Source: Blautia sp.
GTDB lineage: Bacteria > Bacillota > Clostridia > Lachnospirales > Lachnospiraceae
Direction of reading: 5' to 3'
Assembly (NCBI GenBank): GCA_022764275.1
Contig: JALERH010000030.1
Location: 10,314 to 74,313, forward strand
DNA: 64,000 nt
The first letter of the stretch is position 1; the number at the start of each line of letters is the position of its first letter. Shown here one piece after another: positions 47,369 through 58,099 of the stretch. The notes under the pieces are model-generated. The model was given only the letters and a program-made list of their open reading frames with translations, was not told where the DNA came from and made no database searches. The translations under genes and the position numbers were made by a program.

Positions 47369-48670
47369 TCAGACAAGACGTCTTACAGAGGTAATGGTTC
47401 TGTATGTCGCATCGTTGCTGATTTTAATTCCATCTACAGAGTTGGACGCATGCACAATCTGTCCATTGCCCATATAAATAGCCACATGCCCGCCATAGCA
47501 GATCAGATCTCCCGGCTGTGCATCCGCGTAAGAAACCTCTGTTCCCGCATTCTGCTGCTCGTAAGAGGTTCTCGGCAGACTCACACCAAAGTTCGCATAT
47601 ACACTCTGTACGAATCCGGAACAGTCAGCACCGTTGGTAAGGCTGGTACCACCCCATACATATGGGTTTCCTACAAACTGAGTCGCAAAATCCACAACTG
47701 AGGAACCGGAGCCTGAGCTGTAGGAACTGCTGGAAGAACTGCTCTCATATGTGTCATAATCCACAGTATTATCAGTATCAATCACATTTCCATATTCGTC
47801 ATACTGGGTCTCACTGTAATCAGAGGATCCATCCTCATCATAGTCGTAGTCCTCATAATATTCGTCTTCATTCTCTGCCGCAGCCGCTGCAGCAGCAGCT
47901 GCCTCTGCCTCAGCCTGACGCCTTGCTTCTTCTTCCGCTGCAATTCTCTCTGCTTCCAGTCTCTCAAGCTCTGCCTGCTGCTCTACGAGAAGATTTGCAT
48001 ATTCAGTAGCCATCTGCTGTGCATATGCAATTTCGTTTTCACAGTCTTCAGAATTAGACCGTTTTACATCAAGCTGGTACTGAAGGTTTGCCGATTCTGC
48101 TTCGTACTCCTGCTTCATCGTCTCAAGCTCTGCTTTTTCCTGTGTATACTGTTCTTCCAGCTTCTGTACTTCTGTGATCGTGTTTGCATATTTTTCCAGG
48201 CTTTTTCTGTCCTGCTCATAAAGCTTCTGGGTATACTCAGCCTTTGTCAGAAGATCTGACAGATTATCTGCATTCATCATCATCTGAAACCATGCATCGT
48301 TTCCGCCTTTTTCATAAAGGTACTGGATGCGCTTCTTCATGGCTTCATATTGTTTATCCTTTGCGTTCTGTGCTTTCTCAAGATCGACTTTTGTTTTTTC
48401 AATAACAGCTTCTTTATTTGCAATATCGTTTTCCAGAGTTTGGATAGAAGCCATTACATTCACAAGGTTGGCATCGAGAGTGGCAATTTCACTTTCCAAC
48501 TGCTGCTTCTGAGCCCAGAGCTGATCAAGCCGGGAGTATGTAGCATCCAGCTGCTGACTGGTCCATGCCTGTTCCTCTCTCAAATCATCTTCCCTTGAAG
48601 CACTCACGCTCACCACCTGAGTACCACACATCATAAGTGCCAGTGTCAGACATACAATTCTTTTTTTCAT
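47369..48670 (-). CDS. Coiled-coil NlpC/P60 peptidoglycan endopeptidase (CwlO/PcsB-like)
   Basis: Signal peptide, long coiled coil, acidic/Ser linker, GNPYVWGG...DCSGFV...GHVAIY...HAS. Confidence 0.93.
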   Translation of the reverse strand: MKKRIVCLTLALMMCGTQVVSVSASREDDLREEQAWTSQQLDATYSRLDQLWAQKQQLESEIATLDANLVNVMASIQTLENDIANKEAVIEKTKVDLEKAQNAKDKQYEAMKKRIQYLYEKGGNDAWFQMMMNADNLSDLLTKAEYTQKLYEQDRKSLEKYANTITEVQKLEEQYTQEKAELETMKQEYEAESANLQYQLDVKRSNSEDCENEIAYAQQMATEYANLLVEQQAELERLEAERIAAEEEARRQAEAEAAAAAAAAAENEDEYYEDYDYDEDGSSDYSETQYDEYGNVIDTDNTVDYDTYESSSSSSSYSSGSGSSVVDFATQFVGNPYVWGGTSLTNGADCSGFVQSVYANFGVSLPRTSYEQQNAGTEVSYADAQPGDLICYGGHVAIYMGNGQIVHASNSVDGIKISNDATYRTITSVRRLV

Positions 48671-48883
48671 GATTCTTCACCCTCGTAATCTCATTAAACT
48701 TATTTGTAACATTTCTGCAATATTCTTTTTAATTCTTTTACATATTAACATATCATTACATAGATTGCAACCCTAAATCGAAATAAATTTTAAATTTTCG
48801 TAACATTTAGAAATGATTATGAAACAAAAGAGGAGAAAGCCTGAATTACACCTGCTTTCTCCCCAGTATATTTCACATGTTTT

Positions 48884-50404
48884 TTATTTTCCAAACAGAT
48901 CATAAAGGATCTGGTCTGCCGTCATATTTGCATATCCATCCGGATCTGACAGTGTAGAACTGTTCCATCTCAGATAATTACCGTTACGAATATAATTTCC
49001 GCAGGACGGATGATAAGAGAACTTGCTGTAGCCAGAATACATAGACATATATTTCTTAGCAAGTGTTACCGCCTGGCTGGAATAATTTCCTTCCGGTGTC
49101 GTCGTACCGGAAATCTGACAGCCTGCCTGTGGAGTGGAATGAATGATCACCACGCTCTTGTCGCTGCACTGCCCCAATACGATCCATGTGTGGCCATCGT
49201 TGTATCCGATATCTCCGGGTTTCAGTGTCCAGCCGTTCTTTGACAGATAAGACTGGTTTACGATTGTTCCCCATTTCAATGTATTGCTGTAATAGGAACC
49301 GATGTCGCCAGAAACAACTGTGTAGCCAAAGCCCACATTGGATTTTGTCTGCATAACCTGATATGCTGCCCACCCTACAAATCCGGAGCAATCCAGGCCT
49401 TTGGCTCTGTTCGTCGTGCTCAGATCCCGGTAATCGTTATAGTCATAACCGCTGGGATTAGCAGACCATTTATTGTACCATTCAACCCAGGTCGGGCTTA
49501 CACCCTTTCTGGTAGAATCATTCCAACCGCCGCCCCAGATATAAAGTGCCTGTCCTACCGGCTGCAATGCTCCAAGCAGATAGTTTTTTATGGTCTTGGT
49601 TCCGGTGCTTGGCACAGTGGCAGGATCATCAGATGCCTCTCCCTGATAAACACCGTTGCTTGCGAACTGCTGTTTCACACCATCAATGGTATGTACGCCT
49701 GTGTACATAGCTCCTGTCGTCGGATCGAAATAATATTTTGTACCGTTTGATGTATTTTCCACCCAGCCAGTCGCCATAATACCGCTTCCGCTGTAGAAAT
49801 AATATGTTACATCATCAATCGTATTAAAACCAACTGCCATAATTCCATCTGTAGAGGTGCTGGAAGTAGGTTTAAAGTAACGTTTCTCGCCATTTGAGTT
49901 CGTCACCCAGCCTCTCAGCATAATGCCGGATGGGGTAAAATATCTCGTATTTCCGTTGCTGTCCTTCAGCCATCCCGTAGCCATAATACCGGAACCGGAA
50001 TAAAAATAATACGTATTGCCATTCAGTTTCAGCCACTTGGTAGCCATAATTCCTGTCTTCTTGATAAAGTAGCGTCTCTGACCTTTGGAGTTTTCAATCC
50101 AGCCCTTTACCATGGCGCCGGCTTTACTGGTAAAATAATATTTATTTCCCTTCAGTGTCAGCCAGCCTTTTACCTGGACTCCATCCTTCTGGAAGTAATA
50201 TTTCTTTCCATTTAAGGTCAGCCAACCTGTGTGTTTTTTTCCATCGGAATCTATGTAGTATGTCTTTCCATTTACTGTCTGAAAGCCCGTCTTTGTTGCA
50301 GCCTGTACCTCCTTTGACACAGCACTGCCCGTAAGGCCCGCCGCAACCAGCATAAGCAACAGCAGCACTCCCCAGAGTTTAAACTTTTTACATCTGTTCC
50401 GCAT
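48884..50404 (-). CDS. Cell-wall-binding repeat protein with C-terminal NlpC/P60-like domain
   Basis: Signal peptide; repeated GW..L.G..YYF...G.M units; YIWGGG...GLDCSGFVGW...GHTW...IHST. Confidence 0.85.
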   Translation of the reverse strand: MRNRCKKFKLWGVLLLLMLVAAGLTGSAVSKEVQAATKTGFQTVNGKTYYIDSDGKKHTGWLTLNGKKYYFQKDGVQVKGWLTLKGNKYYFTSKAGAMVKGWIENSKGQRRYFIKKTGIMATKWLKLNGNTYYFYSGSGIMATGWLKDSNGNTRYFTPSGIMLRGWVTNSNGEKRYFKPTSSTSTDGIMAVGFNTIDDVTYYFYSGSGIMATGWVENTSNGTKYYFDPTTGAMYTGVHTIDGVKQQFASNGVYQGEASDDPATVPSTGTKTIKNYLLGALQPVGQALYIWGGGWNDSTRKGVSPTWVEWYNKWSANPSGYDYNDYRDLSTTNRAKGLDCSGFVGWAAYQVMQTKSNVGFGYTVVSGDIGSYYSNTLKWGTIVNQSYLSKNGWTLKPGDIGYNDGHTWIVLGQCSDKSVVIIHSTPQAGCQISGTTTPEGNYSSQAVTLAKKYMSMYSGYSKFSYHPSCGNYIRNGNYLRWNSSTLSDPDGYANMTADQILYDLFGK

Positions 50405-50453
50405 ACTTACCTTCCTTTTTCCTGTTAACTTTTTGTTTCTTTTGATTGTAAAT

Positions 50454-50470
50454 TTTACAATCTTGTTACA
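50454..50470 (-). promoter_or_regulatory. WalR-like box upstream of the cell-wall hydrolase gene
   Basis: Sense TGTAAC-AAGAT-TGTAAA fits TGTWAH-N5-TGTWAH. Confidence 0.45.
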
Positions 50471-50657
50471 ACTTTATGTAATTGATTATATAACATTCAA
50501 AACCTTTCGTCAATAAAAAAGTACAAGTATGTTAATATTTCACAATCATTTGCTTCATTTATCGTAAATCTTTTCGTAAAAAAAGAACAAACCTGCAATC
50601 CCCGGTTTGTTCTTTTTTAACACTTATATTATTTTTTGATTTTCTTTGAAAACAGGT

Positions 50658-51644
50658 TTATAAAAGATGCTTCCGAAGCTCTTCCCCGCTCATAGCACTT
50701 AAGTATGCCGGTGCGACATCAAAAACCGTCTTGCAGCCCTTCTGCCCTTCCTGATTCATGCGATATGCAGCCCGTGCATATGCAATGATAACTGAAGAAG
50801 TAAATTCCGGATTAGAATCCAGTTTCAGGCTGTACTCGATCACATGGCTGTTTTCATCATTCCAGCCGGTCTTTCCGGTCCGGATAACAAAGCCTCCGTG
50901 AGGAATACCGCTGTGGTCGCGTTTTAACTCTTCCTCCGTAATAAAGTGTACTGTTGTATCATACTCGTCAAAGTAGTTAGGCATGGTTTTGATCTCACGC
51001 TCGATTCTGTCAAGATCTGCCCCTTTTTCAGCCACTACGAAACATTCTCTGGTGTGCTTTTCTCTGGTAGTAAGCTCCGGATTTTCTCCGTTTCGCACTG
51101 ACTCAAGAGCTTTCTCTACCGGAATCGTGTACTGCTTTCCGTCCTTTACGCCATCGATGCGACGGATTGCATCCGAATGTCCCTGGCTGACTCCCTTGCC
51201 CCAGAAAGTATAATCCTTTCCGTTTGTCAGGATTGCATTTGCATACATACGGTTCAGGGAAAACATTCCCGGATCCCAGCCTACAGAAATAATTCCTACA
51301 TGACCGTTTTCTGCTGCTGCTTTATCCACCGCTGCAAAATGCTCCGGAATCTTCTTATGGGTGTCAAAGCTGTCCACCACGTTAAACCACTGTGCATATT
51401 TCGGGGTCTGCTGCGGCAGATCTGTTGCGCTTCCGCCGCAAAGGATCATAACATCAATTTTGTCCTTCATCTTTTCTGCATCATCTGCAGAATAAACCTT
51501 TGCTGTGTGTGTCAGAATTTTTACGGAAGATGGATCGCGACGCGTAAAAACTCCCACCAACTCCATATCCGGGTTATGTTTAATGGCACACTCGATACCA
51601 CGTCCGAGATTTCCGTAACCCAGGATTCCTATACGAATACTCAT
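50658..51644 (-). CDS. ddh: meso-Diaminopimelate D-dehydrogenase
   Basis: IGILGYGNLGRG, LCGGSATD, VDSFDTH, SVGWDPG, FWGKGVSQGHSDA, HGG. Confidence 0.95.
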   Translation of the reverse strand: MSIRIGILGYGNLGRGIECAIKHNPDMELVGVFTRRDPSSVKILTHTAKVYSADDAEKMKDKIDVMILCGGSATDLPQQTPKYAQWFNVVDSFDTHKKIPEHFAAVDKAAAENGHVGIISVGWDPGMFSLNRMYANAILTNGKDYTFWGKGVSQGHSDAIRRIDGVKDGKQYTIPVEKALESVRNGENPELTTREKHTRECFVVAEKGADLDRIEREIKTMPNYFDEYDTTVHFITEEELKRDHSGIPHGGFVIRTGKTGWNDENSHVIEYSLKLDSNPEFTSSVIIAYARAAYRMNQEGQKGCKTVFDVAPAYLSAMSGEELRKHLL

Positions 51645-51731
51645 TATCCAGTTTCCTCCTCTGTTTCTTATGTGTTTAGCACTTTACTATATTAATATTT
51701 CAACGCAATATTGTCAATAGTTTCGAAAATA

Positions 51732-52370
51732 CTAACAACACAGGATATGACTTCCAGGACAGCACATGCTGCACACCATATTTGCAAGGCATAGATTCAT
51801 ACACACCTTATCTCCTCCGGTTGGCATTCCGCCAAAAGGACTCTGCTGTTCCTGGTACCAGCTTCCTCCGCCTTCCATACGGTTCAGCAGCATTCTGTAC
51901 TGGTTATTATTCGGTTCCAGCCGCACAGCCTCACGGATATCATTTAATGCATTGACGTTGTTTCCCAGGCCCATATTGGCCATTGCGGATAAATAATACC
52001 ATTCACCGTTTTTCTGACGGAGAGAATTCAGGACATTCATAGCCTCCTGATAGTGTCCGCTCTGTACATAATTGGCAGCAGCTCTCCTTCGGATGCTTTC
52101 CTCATCCTGGTATCCGGAATTCTGCTGTCCTCCAAAGCCGCCAAAGCCTCCATAGCTGCCTCCGGACGTATTGGAACCGTACTCTCTCTCTTTCATGACC
52201 TGCTCATAGGCCTGCTGCACTTCTTTAAATTTCTCTTCTGCCTGGTCTTTGTTGGGATTGTTGATATTGGCATCTGGATGATACTTCCGGCTCAGGCGCC
52301 GATAAGCCTTTTTGATTTCTTCGTCTGATGCGTCTCTGGATACTCCGAGTACGCTATATGGATCTAACAT
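51732..52370 (-). CDS. J-domain protein with TPR-like region and Cys-rich C-terminus
   Basis: DPYSVLGV...KYHPD...EAEEKF-like helix; Gly/Phe linker; ends [24 protein letters not shown]. Confidence 0.88.
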   Translation of the reverse strand: MLDPYSVLGVSRDASDEEIKKAYRRLSRKYHPDANINNPNKDQAEEKFKEVQQAYEQVMKEREYGSNTSGGSYGGFGGFGGQQNSGYQDEESIRRRAAANYVQSGHYQEAMNVLNSLRQKNGEWYYLSAMANMGLGNNVNALNDIREAVRLEPNNNQYRMLLNRMEGGGSWYQEQQSPFGGMPTGGDKVCMNLCLANMVCSMCCPGSHILCC

Positions 52371-53208
52371 GTTTTTTCTCCCGTTCTTCCCTACGTTTTT
52401 TGCTCACTGTCTCAAATCGGCACCAAACGCCGGAATATAAAATGTTCCGCAATATATCCTCATATTTTATAATAGGAAGTTTCTCAAATTCTCTGCATGC
52501 TTCTGCCAGCATCATAATAAGAATCTGCCGTATCTCTTCTTCGAACCCTTCCATTTTATACTTTTCAGAAAAGGGATTGTAACTTCCATTTTTCACATCT
52601 TTTTCCACATCGTCATAGGCATCAAGAAGATAGATGAATTTTCCAAGGTAAAATCCCATTCGTCGTAAGGAACTCTCCCAGGCATCCTGCCTCCAGGCAA
52701 AAATCTCCTCCATGATTCTCCCGAAAAGGCCGGCCATTTTATCAATATCTTTCTCCCCGGCTTTTTCCTGGGCAGACAGTTCATCCAACAGGGAAATAAT
52801 TCGGGTTATTTTTTCTTTATATTGCCCCTGAAGCTTCCTGCTGCTTCCTTCCAGAAGTCTGGCATAACAGAGACGGGACCATTTTCTTTCATCCTTCCAG
52901 TCATCCACACATTTATAATAAGTAAGAATCAGATTCATATCCGCCGCATATTCTGTTATCTCATTCTTACGCACAGTCTGTTTGCACACGGGATGCAGGA
53001 TGCAGCGTGTCGTCCCCTTCTTTGTTTTTGGTTCATACAGTCCGCTCAGAAGCAGTATCACAAAGGTCATATCATAAGTCAGGGAAATCTGACCGGTAAT
53101 CCCGTACTTTTCCCTCAGTTCCCGGCACAGTCCGCAGTAAAAGGATTTATACACATCAAAATCCTTGAATTTCATTTCCGGTTGATTTACAACAACGTAA
53201 CCGAACAT
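52354..53208 (-). CDS. DUF5685-like conserved protein
   Basis: MFGYV...YCGLC...YG...LTYDMTF...CILHP; family recognised from memory. Confidence 0.75.
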   Translation of the reverse strand: MFGYVVVNQPEMKFKDFDVYKSFYCGLCRELREKYGITGQISLTYDMTFVILLLSGLYEPKTKKGTTRCILHPVCKQTVRKNEITEYAADMNLILTYYKCVDDWKDERKWSRLCYARLLEGSSRKLQGQYKEKITRIISLLDELSAQEKAGEKDIDKMAGLFGRIMEEIFAWRQDAWESSLRRMGFYLGKFIYLLDAYDDVEKDVKNGSYNPFSEKYKMEGFEEEIRQILIMMLAEACREFEKLPIIKYEDILRNILYSGVWCRFETVSKKRREEREKKHVRSI

Positions 53209-53209
53209 T

Positions 53210-53620
53210 TCAGCTCCTCTTAATAAATTTTGTATGGCATTTTGGACATTCTATCTCTATTTTTCCCTTTCCTCTGGGAATACGGATTTTCTGACCGCAG
53301 CTCGGGCAGGAATAAATATGATGCGTTTTTCGTTGTTTCATCAGATTCTTCTCTTTATTGAAGCGCATACGGATTTTACTCGTCATGGAAAGATATTTTT
53401 GATTCTCTTCATAGCGTTTCTGGATGTTTCTGGAGAAAATCCGAAAATAAGTGTAAACAATCGCTGCCAGTCCAAGAGTATCCAGCACAGAACCCAACGC
53501 ACTTCCCGAACCTGCAAAAATTGCCAGAATAATGGACACCAAAGCCACACCCATGGTAAATTTTGCAAAGTCGTCCACTCCGTAACGCCCCTGCATGAAT
53601 TTGATAAATTTGTCTTTCAT
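53210..53620 (-). CDS. Membrane protein with C-terminal zinc ribbon
   Basis: FMQGRYGVDD, two TMs, CPSCGQKIRIPRGKGKIEIECPKC. Confidence 0.8.
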   Translation of the reverse strand: MKDKFIKFMQGRYGVDDFAKFTMGVALVSIILAIFAGSGSALGSVLDTLGLAAIVYTYFRIFSRNIQKRYEENQKYLSMTSKIRMRFNKEKNLMKQRKTHHIYSCPSCGQKIRIPRGKGKIEIECPKCHTKFIKRS

Positions 53621-53635
53621 GTAATCCTTCTTTCC

Positions 53636-54148
53636 TTATTTTTCTCTCACAAGTACCTTCATAACTTCCGCAATATACATCATGTGATAATCTTTTCCGG
53701 GATACCACTTACTGTCATTCGCCGTATCATCAAAGCATTCCGGTTTAATCGTATCGTGGTACATCTTTCTGCAGACCATGATCATATCTGCTTCTTTGAT
53801 TCCCGCAGTTCCGTCCACATAATATGGAGTCAGGCCTGCTGCCTTTATCTTGTCCTCTTCGTCCTTTCCTGATCTGCTTCCGCAGTAATTCAGGGCCTTA
53901 CGGTACTTTTCTCCCAGTACAGAGATAGTAAAGGTCTCTTCCCTGTCCACAAACTCTTTGGTGTATCTCTGTGGACGTATGTAAACCGTTACCGCATTTT
54001 TGCCCCACATGACACCCATAGCACCCCAGCTTGCCGTCATCGTGTTACATTTTTCTTCGTTTCCGGCAGTGATAAGAAGCCATTCTTTTCCGATTTTTGT
54101 AAACGGATTCATGTTCAGCTCTTCCGCCTTCACTTCTTTAAATCCCAT
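53636..54148 (-). CDS. Flavin reductase-like protein
   Basis: WLLITAG...NTMTASWG...WGK..VTVYIRPQRYT...YH.MYIAE. Confidence 0.85.
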   Translation of the reverse strand: MGFKEVKAEELNMNPFTKIGKEWLLITAGNEEKCNTMTASWGAMGVMWGKNAVTVYIRPQRYTKEFVDREETFTISVLGEKYRKALNYCGSRSGKDEEDKIKAAGLTPYYVDGTAGIKEADMIMVCRKMYHDTIKPECFDDTANDSKWYPGKDYHMMYIAEVMKVLVREK

Positions 54149-54229
54149 CTTTCATTCCTCCTGTCGCCGTACCAGACGGCTTTGCTAAAATAGTCGAAAA
54201 CCTGCTTTTCTGTCCCCCGAATTTATCTC

Positions 54230-55432
54230 CTATCTGTCGCTGCATACCTGGAAGATATAAAACTTCAGATAATAAGATTCGTCTGCCGCCCAAAGGATCG
54301 GATGATCCGGAGCCTGTGTCCTGTACTCCACCTGACGCAGGCGTTTGTGTACATTTTTCGCCGCCTGGCCAATGGTCTGTGTAAACAATTCGTAATCCAT
54401 GAAATGAGAACAGGAACACGTAGCGAGAAAACCGCCGTCCTTTACCAGCTTCATGGCACGCAGGTTAATCTCCCGGTATCCCTTCACAGCATTTTTAACA
54501 GAGCTCCTGGACTTTGTAAAGGCAGGGGGATCCAGGATGACCACATCAAATTTCTCTCCCCGCTCCTCCAGTTCCGGCAACAGATCAAATACATCTGCAC
54601 ACAAAAATTCAACTCTGTCGGAAAGCCCGTTCAGCTTCGCATTTTCTGTTGCCTGATCCACAGCCAGCTGGGAAGCATCCACGCCAATGACACTGGACGC
54701 GCCGGCAATTCCGGCATTCAGCGCAAAAGAGCCGGTGTGAGTAAAGCAGTCCAGCACTCTTGCTCCTTTACACAGCTTCTGGATTGCCAGACGGTTATAC
54801 TTCTGATCCAGGAAAAATCCGGTCTTCTGTCCATCCTTTATATCTACCTGATATTTTACCCCGTTTTCTTCAATTTCCACAAGGGTTGGAAATTCTTCTC
54901 CCAGAAATCCCTTGGTAAGCTCCATTCCCTCCTGACGTCGTACCTTTACATCGCTTCTTTCATACACACCGCGAATGAAAATTTCATCTTCAGCCAGAAT
55001 TTTTTTCAGAATAGATACGATCATTTCTTTATACCGATCAATTCCCAGTGCCAGCGACTGCACCACCAGCACATCCGAAAATTTGTCAACCACAAGTCCC
55101 GGCAGGAAATCCGCTTCCGCAAAAATCACACGACAGCTTCCCGTATCCACCACCTTTTTACGGTACTCCCAGGCATCACGCACTCTCTTTTCAAAAAATT
55201 CCTCGTCAATCTCCGCTCTCTCATCACGTGATAAAAGACGGACTGTGATTTTGGAGTTGGTATTGATAAATCCCTTCCCCAGAGGATAACCATCGAAATC
55301 GCGAATCAAAACCACATCTCCGTTTACAAAACTTCCCATAATCGAAGCGATTTCGTTGTCAAAAACCCACATTCCGCCGGATTTCAAAAGTCGTCCTTCT
55401 CCTTTTTTCAGGGTCACTACTGCCAGACTCAT
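54230..55432 (-). CDS. PUA-domain class I SAM-dependent rRNA methyltransferase (RlmI-like)
   Basis: GMWVFDNEI, EADFLPGLVVD, GQKTGFFLDQ, VLDCFTHTGSF, VILDPPAF, TCSCS. Confidence 0.9.
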   Translation of the reverse strand: MSLAVVTLKKGEGRLLKSGGMWVFDNEIASIMGSFVNGDVVLIRDFDGYPLGKGFINTNSKITVRLLSRDERAEIDEEFFEKRVRDAWEYRKKVVDTGSCRVIFAEADFLPGLVVDKFSDVLVVQSLALGIDRYKEMIVSILKKILAEDEIFIRGVYERSDVKVRRQEGMELTKGFLGEEFPTLVEIEENGVKYQVDIKDGQKTGFFLDQKYNRLAIQKLCKGARVLDCFTHTGSFALNAGIAGASSVIGVDASQLAVDQATENAKLNGLSDRVEFLCADVFDLLPELEERGEKFDVVILDPPAFTKSRSSVKNAVKGYREINLRAMKLVKDGGFLATCSCSHFMDYELFTQTIGQAAKNVHKRLRQVEYRTQAPDHPILWAADESYYLKFYIFQVCSDR

Positions 55433-55653
55433 AAAATCTCTCCTTTGCTTACTGCAATTTAGACTACATTCTATCATAGAATGATTTATTTTTCCAGTCA
55501 TTCCCGCCAGTCGACCCCAGAAAGTCACAAAAAATTCATAACTTCCATCCAATTTTCTGCCCCAGCTTTTCTCCGGAGGCACTCCATCACAAAAAAAACG
55601 CCCCATATTCTCCAGTTTGGGAATATGGGACGATTTCTGAACGTTATGGTTAT

Positions 55654-56277
55654 TTATTTTGCCTCTGCAGTTTTCTGAGGATGTATTTCCAGAAGATTTG
55701 CCTTAATCAGGGCCGGACGCAGAGCATTGTAAATAATACATACCAGTATCACAGAAACAACAGCATTGACAAAGGTCGCAACCGCACTCATTTTTGCCAG
55801 AGCATCCGCCAGCTGCTGGGGCTGCCCCAGAATGTACTGTTTGTAAAAATATCCGACGATCGGATCTGCAACCACGTTGAAAGCAAGACCTGCAACGGAA
55901 GCGATCAGGCTCCACTTGAATACATATTTTTTATCAGTACTCTCATTGATCTTTGCAATCCTGTGCGCAACAAGGCCGGTAATCAGACCAATACAAAGCT
56001 TCAGCACAAAAGTCTTTGGCGCTACTGTAATGTAAACCGGATCCATAAGATCTGCGATGGTCATACCGATGGAACCTGCAAGTCCGCCGTACCAGCCGCC
56101 CAGGAGCAGTGCTCCCAAAACACAGAAGGTATTTCCGATATGAAGAGAAGTCGCATCTCCTCCCGGAACAGGAATCTTAATCTGCAAAAATGTAAAGGAT
56201 ACATAGCAGAGTGCTGCCAGAAGAGCTGTCTCCGCAAGTTTTAAAATGGTAGAATTCTGTTTGTTCATATCACTCAC
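55654..56277 (-). CDS. ECF transporter S component (substrate unknown)
   Basis: ALLAAL...IKIPVPG...HIGN...GGLAGSIG..IADL; six-TM pattern. Confidence 0.85.
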   Translation of the reverse strand: MSDMNKQNSTILKLAETALLAALCYVSFTFLQIKIPVPGGDATSLHIGNTFCVLGALLLGGWYGGLAGSIGMTIADLMDPVYITVAPKTFVLKLCIGLITGLVAHRIAKINESTDKKYVFKWSLIASVAGLAFNVVADPIVGYFYKQYILGQPQQLADALAKMSAVATFVNAVVSVILVCIIYNALRPALIKANLLEIHPQKTAEAK

Positions 56278-56403
56278 TGCCTTTCCTTAATCTCAGGCAT
56301 ATCATACTCACAAACTGTCTTCTGTGCAATGTCCAATTTTAACTATTTTTCAGAGGTCAGTTTTCTATTCTCTGGATGCAGTTCCTGTGTGACACCCTAA
56401 TCC

Positions 56404-57942
56404 TTATTCTACGATTTCGTCGATATCGCCTGCTTCATCTACAGGTTCTTCTGTCATTTCAACGTCTGCCTCAGCAGTTCCTACCTCAGCACTTGTTTCG
56501 TCATAAGTCTCATAAGACTCTCCATACAGTTTCTCAAAGAACTTCATGGTATCCTCATAGAGGGTCTGCTTATCTTCTTCCGAAACATCATAGCCAAGAA
56601 TATCCGCTTTTTCACTGCTCTCATCGCTGATTTCAATGCCAAAGATTTCTTTTAAGTCTTTATCCAGCATATTCAGCTCGACAGTAAGGTATTTTTCATC
56701 ACCCTGCGCAACATAGGAGCCAGCTCCATTTCCAAGGATTCCCAGATAGTCCTTCAGGACTGTAAGAGAAAGTTTCTTTCCTGTCTCAGCATCCAGAGTG
56801 GTCACATCACAGTATGCGTCCTCTCCCATTGCTTCCTGCAGAGAAACTGTATCACCTTCATACTCGCCTTTGCAGAAGGTTTTTGCTTTTTCAAACAGAG
56901 CCTTTGCATCTTCACCTAAGAAATCGGTACTTAACTGAGAAACATCGGTAATTTCCTCTGTATCCTCTTCTTCTGCCAGGCCTGCCTCAGAAATTTCTGA
57001 TTCCGGATCAGAAGCCTGCGGAATTCCTTCTGCTGCACCTGTCTCCTCAGCCAGTCCCGGATCCTCTGTGGAGTCCTGGATTACATCGCCCAGAACACTG
57101 TCATCCACATCGTTCACAATGCTGTCCGGATCATCAGATGGCTCAGCTGCCTCAGCCTGACCTGTCACGTTATCATTGACACGTTCCAGTGTCTCCTGCA
57201 TTTCTGAATAATCGTAGTTCTGCTGTGCGATTTCCTTCAAAAGGTTCACAATCGTATTCAGCTGGTCGTCAGAAATGCTGACACCATTGTTATTTGCAAT
57301 GTTTATTACAATGTTCTGGATCTCATCTGCATTCTGGATATTGTCTGCGATAACCTGCATCTTTGCCTGGTTGATCACGGTAACAGCGTCATTCTGGCCA
57401 ACCTCGTTTGCCAGATCACCGGTAACTACCATTTCCTCTGTTGCGATCTCTTTCTTTGTCTCGTCAAGCTTCTCACCGCTTGCAGTCTCATAAGCCATCA
57501 GAATACCGGTCAGAGCGCCTGTTCCGGACACCTCAAACGGGCATGCAGCAACGACTTCACAGTTGGTGACACCGGATGTGGAAAGTGTGGTGGCGATCAT
57601 ATTACAGGTAACCCAGTTCAGGTTTGCAGTACGAACCTTAATTCCGCCGGATGTGGTGGGTTTTACGTAAGAACAGCTTACAGTTCTTGTACCGATCTGT
57701 TCCAGCGGCACAAATGCGCTTAAGTGATTTCTCTCGTCCTGGTTCGTGACTGTAAGAATCTGCACCTCGCTGGAACTTACATTAAAATACCTCATCATGG
57801 TGTCTTTCTGATCCTGGCTCAGGTCTGCGCCCAGTGTTACCACTTTGACCGCATCTGCCATTACAGGCACTGTCGGAGCTACACTTCCGAAAACCATGGA
57901 TGCACTGCACAGTAATGCAGCAAATAAGTTTGCTTTTTTCAT
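56404..57942 (-). CDS. DUF1002-domain secreted protein with acidic C-terminal region
   Basis: VVTLGADLS...SCSYV...NLNWVT.NM..TTL.TSGV...VSGTGALTGI. Confidence 0.8.
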   Translation of the reverse strand: MKKANLFAALLCSASMVFGSVAPTVPVMADAVKVVTLGADLSQDQKDTMMRYFNVSSSEVQILTVTNQDERNHLSAFVPLEQIGTRTVSCSYVKPTTSGGIKVRTANLNWVTCNMIATTLSTSGVTNCEVVAACPFEVSGTGALTGILMAYETASGEKLDETKKEIATEEMVVTGDLANEVGQNDAVTVINQAKMQVIADNIQNADEIQNIVINIANNNGVSISDDQLNTIVNLLKEIAQQNYDYSEMQETLERVNDNVTGQAEAAEPSDDPDSIVNDVDDSVLGDVIQDSTEDPGLAEETGAAEGIPQASDPESEISEAGLAEEEDTEEITDVSQLSTDFLGEDAKALFEKAKTFCKGEYEGDTVSLQEAMGEDAYCDVTTLDAETGKKLSLTVLKDYLGILGNGAGSYVAQGDEKYLTVELNMLDKDLKEIFGIEISDESSEKADILGYDVSEEDKQTLYEDTMKFFEKLYGESYETYDETSAEVGTAEADVEMTEEPVDEAGDIDEIVE

Positions 57943-58099
57943 AACCATTCCTCCATAATCTCTCATGAATTTTACATTCTGTTGCATGAAAAAATCCTTT
58001 TTATCCAAATCGTATCTTTTGTCCGTTTCGGATTCGGTGTCCTTATTATAACATACTTTTCCAGAAGTTTGTAATTTGGATATATATATTTTAAAATTT

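Noticed and set aside
56278-56403. Riboswitch upstream of the ECF S component
   Set aside because: The gap is short and shows no recognisable aptamer core or terminator, so the substrate cannot be inferred.
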